Shown here in pieces: positions 57,072 to 64,000 of a stretch of DNA of 64,000 nt. A program made the position numbers and the translations under genes. Origin of the DNA: the human T2T-CHM13v2.0 reference genome, Homo sapiens; the NCBI RefSeq assembly GCF_009914755.1, contig NC_060930.1. One strand, given 5' to 3'. The stretch's first letter is position 1. Every line of letters begins with the position of its first letter. Under the pieces are notes generated by a model. The model was not told the DNA's origin. It searched no databases and saw nothing but the letters and a program-made list of their open reading frames with translations.

Positions 57072-57415
57072 GTGGTATGATTTGCATGAGTGGCTTCCAA
57101 AATCCATCCACATTGTGGTGGTATTAAGAGGTGAGGCCTTTGGGGAGTGATTAAGTCATAAGGGCTCTGCCCTTGTGAATGGATTAGTGCCTTATAAAAG
57201 GGCTGGAGGGCTAGCATAAACCCTTTTGTCCTTCCACCTTCTGCCATGTGGGGATGCTGCTGAGAGAAGATGGAAGAAGCCCTCAGCAGACACTGAAACT
57301 GCCAGGACCTTGATCTTGGACTTCTCGCATTCAGAACTGTGAGAAATAAATATCTATTATTTACAAATTACCCAGTCTCAGATATTTTGTTATAGTAGCA
57401 CTAATGAACTAAGAT
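57072..57415 (+). mobile_element. MST/MLT1A-like solo LTR
   Basis: ggtattaagaggtgaggcctttgggg...gaactgtgagaaataaat...gaactaagata. Confidence 0.75.
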
Positions 57416-57468
57416 AGATGGCATATAGCCCAAAATAGTTAGCTACATAGATAAAAAATAAAGATTAA

Positions 57469-57775
<307 letters not shown>

Positions 57776-58107
57776 TCAATACCTGTATACTGAAATACAT
57801 TCTATTTACATTAAAGAGTATAACATATAAAAAATAAAAACATAAAAATCTAGAAAATGTGTCTTATTTACCTTCTAAGAGGGAATGACTTTCTAAATAA
57901 AAAGTAAATATAATAAGAAAAGGAAACATTAATAGATATGACTAAATATGTAAAAACAAATATATCGAGTATCATAATTATAAATTAAAAAATAGAGAAA
58001 CTTCCATTTATAGTAAAAGCAGACTGCATAATTCAAACCAATTAGTTAGTCATTACTAATTATTAACTACTAGTTAACTAGTTGTTTTTTTATTAACTAC
58101 CAGTTAA

Positions 58108-58412
<305 letters not shown>

Positions 58413-58592
58413 CGTTGTACGGTCTTAACTGTTTCAGATGTGGTGTCTCATTTCATCAACTAGGCTTTGTTTAATAATGATTTCTAGTCATTAGATAATA
58501 TTAGATAATATTTTAGTGCCCATCTGTTTTAATTTCCTTTTTTTGTTTTTGGAAACCTTTAACCTACACAGGTACTGATTTGAAAATGCTAA

Positions 58593-58902
<310 letters not shown>

Positions 58903-59479
58903 GGTCTCAGTATTAATAAAAGGCTGAAAATTCAGACTTATATATTATTCTCCTTTGCATTTGGTCAGCTTGAGTAAATCTCATACCACAACAATGTAAA
59001 GGTAATAAAGCTGAGGTATTAGACAAGATTATAGATCTGAATCTCTGCTAGTTCATTAGTATTATTATTCATCCCAAGAGTGGGTGGGGTGGGGAGGAAT
59101 TCTAAAGGTATAGCTAGGGGAGACATTTAGAATATTTAGCAACTGGTAATAGACACTAACCAAGAATGCTGTAGAAGGATCCTTGAGGTCTGTGCTGGGT
59201 TGGGCAAACCCTCTCTTCAGTTAGGGAAATTTCTTGAATGGAACCCTGATGCCATGACAGTGAGGGCACTTGGCTGCTCAGATCCACTGCTATTTACCAA
59301 GTGGTAAGGGTGCATTTCAACATCCCAGATTCTGGTACAGCCATACTAAATACCTTTCCTGGACATTATTCCTCTATCTGATCAGGAATCCTGACTCCCA
59401 GCCCCCAACCACCCCTCACCCATCCCCCCACTGCCCTCAATCCCTTCCCCCAACCTCATGCTTTGTCGGTTTGTCTGAC

Positions 59480-59664
59480 CTTGTCTGTTTCTGAGTAGGT
59501 TTCCCGTATCACTGTCTCGGATTCATCGATGCTTAACTCAGAGGAGCCTATGACCTTCCTTGACAAGGCAAACAGCACGGCGTCGTGAACGCTGAGGAAC
59601 AGCTGGGTCTTGGTGATGCCAGCGTCAAAGAAATCATTCCTCTCAAATGCCCTGACTATGGAAG
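59480..59664 (-). CDS. SLC26A8: SLC26A8 coding exon (185 nt, SSIVRAFERNDFF...FLSVHDAV...YSETDK; probably exon 19)
   Basis: Acceptor tttggtttttag|CT and donor AAG|gtcaga. 55+185=240 nt keeps the frame. Contains the SLC26 STAS C-terminal motif FLSVHDAV. Confidence 0.96.
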
Positions 59665-59761
59665 CTAAAAACCAAACCCAGAACACACACAATGTCAGAT
59701 ACTTGGGGAGCAGAGGACCCAGGGTGCAAAACAGCCCTCTCATAGGGTGAAGGATACTCAC

Positions 59762-59816
59762 AGTGACACCCTGCAATGAGTATCAAAATGTTGGCGTTTT
59801 GAAAGGCATTGCATAT
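59762..59816 (-). CDS. SLC26A8: SLC26A8 coding exon (55 nt, ICNAFQNANILILIAGCH; probably exon 18); absent from ORF track
   Basis: Acceptor ctctcccccacag|ATA and donor CACT|gtgagt, phase 0/1. Continues the STAS domain in frame. Confidence 0.95.
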
Positions 59817-59881
59817 CTGTGGGGGGAGAGAAAACCAGTATCAGAAGGCTTTATACTTGCTAGGAAAGGCCTTCTAATTAG

Positions 59882-60192
<311 letters not shown>

Positions 60193-61050
60193 AATTAGCC
60201 GAGTTTTAAAACCCCTTTGGCCCTTCACTTGTCTGGGGGTATATGTACCTTGCATCCCAATTCAGCTCTACAAACATTTGATGAGTGGAGTTCTCTATGC
60301 CGGAAAACATCTACAGTGCTGGGAATGCAAAAGAGAATCAGACCGTGTCATGTGAGGGTGGGGAGCAGGAGGGAGAGCTGCCCATAGTCTCAAGGGGATA
60401 AACAGTATATATCAAGACAGGACGTCTGCAGGAGGAAAGCCCTAGCATAGAGACAGGCACAGGTGTGAGGCAAACACTCTGGAGAATCATCTCAAACAAC
60501 CATATTTTGGCATGATGGCCTAGTGTTTGCATGAGACCCCCCCTTCCCCCTGGAGTTTACTGAGCAGAGGAAGCAAGATGTGGCTCAGAGACGCTCAAGT
60601 GATGCAGTAGGGAACGGAATTCAGAAACCCTGAGGGTCACATTCAGAGCTGCCTTGCAAAGTTGCATTTGATTTTAGTAAAACATCAGATGTTTACTATC
60701 AGATAAGTAAACATCAGCTACTGTCCTCAAGTTTGCTTCAGCCAATATATACACTGTGGGGCAATAAATCTTGAAGTTCACTTCAAAGCAAATCAATATC
60801 GACTTTAATACTTAAGACTAAGTAGACACCAACCCTGAGCACTAAGTTAAAGTGTCAAAAGAAACGAACTCTGCTTCTTTCACTACCAAGAGGAAATGAA
60901 GTCATTCTTGATCATATGGCAAATCACAAAGTCATTTGGCAAAGGGCCACAACAGACTCTAAATGACAAGTGCTGGAAAAGGAAAGTCCCATGAATTAGG
61001 AAGAAGTTTAATCTGAGTGGCTGTCTCCAATAAGAATGGACTGATGGGTA

Positions 61051-61386
<336 letters not shown>

Positions 61387-62963
61387 TCAATTATAAAGTA
61401 AATAGAATGATTTCTTCCAATAAGGAGGCAGTATACACAACTACAAAGGAAATGAAGAAACCTGTATTTTTAGAGTGCAAAAGTACACCATGAATCTCTG
61501 AAGGCTGAAAGTGAAAGGCGTCTGACATTGTCTCCATGTTGGGGATGGAACAGAAAGTCATCAACATGGGCCAGGTGTGGGTGGGTGCTGCCAAGGACCA
61601 GAACATATGGTGCCTCTACAAAAAGAGGAGGAGCAAGGGAGACAATGGCACAACTATACCATGGAACAGAGAGAAAGTATGATATAAAGTCAGATACTTA
61701 AAAGTTTCAATGCTGGACAGGCCACTTATGAGCTGTGAGCCTCAGACTCTTAGGGGAAAGTATGGCCTGTCTCTCAAGGCAGTTGTGAAAATTACATGAG
61801 ATAGTGTATATACATGTGCCCAGCTCAGTCTGGCACGTAGTAGACACTCAGCAACGTGGGCTGAATAAAATCTAAAGTAACAACTACAGCCCAGGACCAG
61901 GAGGGGAGAACATAGCCCAGTAGAATAAGATGGAAAAGCCCAAATAACAACAGATTTTCAAAGTATAATTGAGTCAGAAAGTGGTGTTGAAAAATAAAAG
62001 GATCTCATGGATGGGAAAGCTCTTAATCTCTTCCAAACCTCTCATTTTGTAGATTAGGAAACGGAGACCCAGTTCAATTTAGTAACTTGCCTCGGGTCAG
62101 AAGGACAGTGAGCCAAGACAGAGCATACATCCCAGACTGCAAACCAGAGTTCTTTCTGCTATGAAAAGCTTCCTTTTGCCCCAGACCAAAGAGAAGCTGG
62201 ACTCACTTAAGAGGCAGTCGTATTCCCTTAGGAGTAAGAAAATATGACAAAATAGGTTCTGAGGATAAAAGAAGGAAAACCATCCAAAGGCACAAATCTC
62301 AAAAGAGGTGTGCAAATCTCAAAAGAAGCACTCAAACACCATGAGTGTTCAGGATGTTCAAACCTGAGCCATCACCAAGAGGGAGACAGAGTGCTGTAAA
62401 CTGGGATAAGCTGGCTAAAAAGGAATATTATACTTATGAGGCATTAAACAATGACATCAATATGGTTAGCTGTGCACTTAAACTGTCTGTACCATATAGG
62501 AGGAAGACAAAAGAGAACTGTTAGAGAAACCCAAGAGTAGAAAAGAAGTCAGGACCCGGGGACACAGCTTTTGAAGGGAAAATCATCCTTGTCCTTTTCA
62601 CCTGATGATGTGTCAGTGAGGAAGGAAGTGGGGAAGACCCTGCAGGTACTGGACAGCCAGCCCCAAGTTTGAGGTGTCATTTCATCCCAACGTCTTCAAA
62701 CTGGAGTACAAGACAGCCCAGTGCCTTTTACAGTGCTGGCTCAGATCAGCTGAACTGTGGAGAATTCCTGGTGAGCTGCTTTTTTTCTGAAGCATTCAGA
62801 CCTATTCCTTGAAGAGATTTGCAGCTGACTCCCAGGATGTTCTGGGAGTTACTGGGCGTGGCACAGATTGCTGTTTCAGTGAAGTTCAGAGTGTCCTGTT
62901 TTTCATTTCTTGAGAAATAATAATGTTTTATGCTTACCAAACCAACCGCAGCTCAATACATCA

Positions 62964-63383
<420 letters not shown>

Positions 63384-63468
63384 CTAACAGAATTCAATCA
63401 GGATCAGGGTGGGGTTGGGATGGTAGGAGGGGGATCAGAGCTCCTGCCAAGGCCTCCTCAGTACTTAC

Positions 63469-63837
63469 CTGTCTTAATACGACTAACCCCCGTGAATCCA
63501 CGTAGTGTACCATGGAGAAATCCAGGATGATGGTGTGGACACTGGGCAGTAGAGACGCATCTGAGTAAGGGATGAGTGATCTCCTCCCCTGGCTTTCCGC
63601 CACATCAGGCAGTCCTGGTGAGCTGTTTCTTGATGAGTTATTAGGAAGCCAAACTTCCTCCACCTCCTCATACTGTTGCCCTTGATTTTTCTGAGACACG
63701 GACGATACTGTGTATGGCACTTGGTCTTCGGATGCAGTTTGGCTTGTGTTCATGCTCTCAAAATGTGAGCAGTGAATCAGGTTAATGGAGGATGCTTCGG
63801 GATCCAGTTTATTTTCAAATCGCTCTGTGTAAAGAAT
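63469..63837 (-). CDS. SLC26A8: SLC26A8 coding exon (369 nt, ILYTERF...GLVVLRQ; STAS intervening region; probably exon 17)
   Basis: Acceptor tctgtcgtcccag|ATT and donor CAG|gtaagt, phase 0/0. Contains the STAS motif HTIILDFSMVHYVDSRG. Confidence 0.96.
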
Positions 63838-64000
63838 CTGGGACGACAGAGTTAAGGGAGGGCTGTGGTAAGACACCAACAAGGGCCGGAAGGACTTGCA
63901 ACGATGCTATTTCTTGTCTCTGCCAGCTCATGTCCCTCTCTCATGAAACTTCTCCCGAGAGTAGGTACTGTGCATTTTTTACTTGGATATCTGTCACTTC

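Noticed and set aside
62746-62940. 64-aa intronic ORF as an extra SLC26A8 exon
   Set aside because: Weak AAG acceptor and no convincing donor, and the flanking exons already join in frame.

Overview
Human-type (primate) genomic DNA, recognisable from its translated exons as the SRPK1-SLC26A8 locus (human 6p21.31), with both genes on the minus strand. Positions 1-28784 are SRPK1 intron 2; exon 3 is not in the window. SRPK1 exons 2 and 1 and the CpG-island promoter occupy ~28785-29620. About 22 kb of intergenic DNA follows, then the last four coding exons and 3' UTR of SLC26A8 (~51830-63837). Most of the rest is interspersed repeat: more than 50 Alu/FLAM copies, L1, L2, MIR and CR1 fragments, a Tigger1 carrying nested insertions, two full-length THE1 MaLR proviruses, a solo LTR12C and a hAT-Charlie remnant. 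Nearly all ORF-track entries are repeat-derived or shadow ORFs. I found no wholly new multi-gene system. The best leads are: (i) SRPK1 intron 1 is 515 nt here, so its retention cannot give the in-frame SRPK1a isoform; (ii) a candidate MIR-derived poison exon in SRPK1 intron 2; (iii) an intact LTR12C promoter between two testis-expressed genes, pointing antisense at the SLC26A8 3' end. Repeat subfamilies and boundaries were assigned by eye and are approximate.
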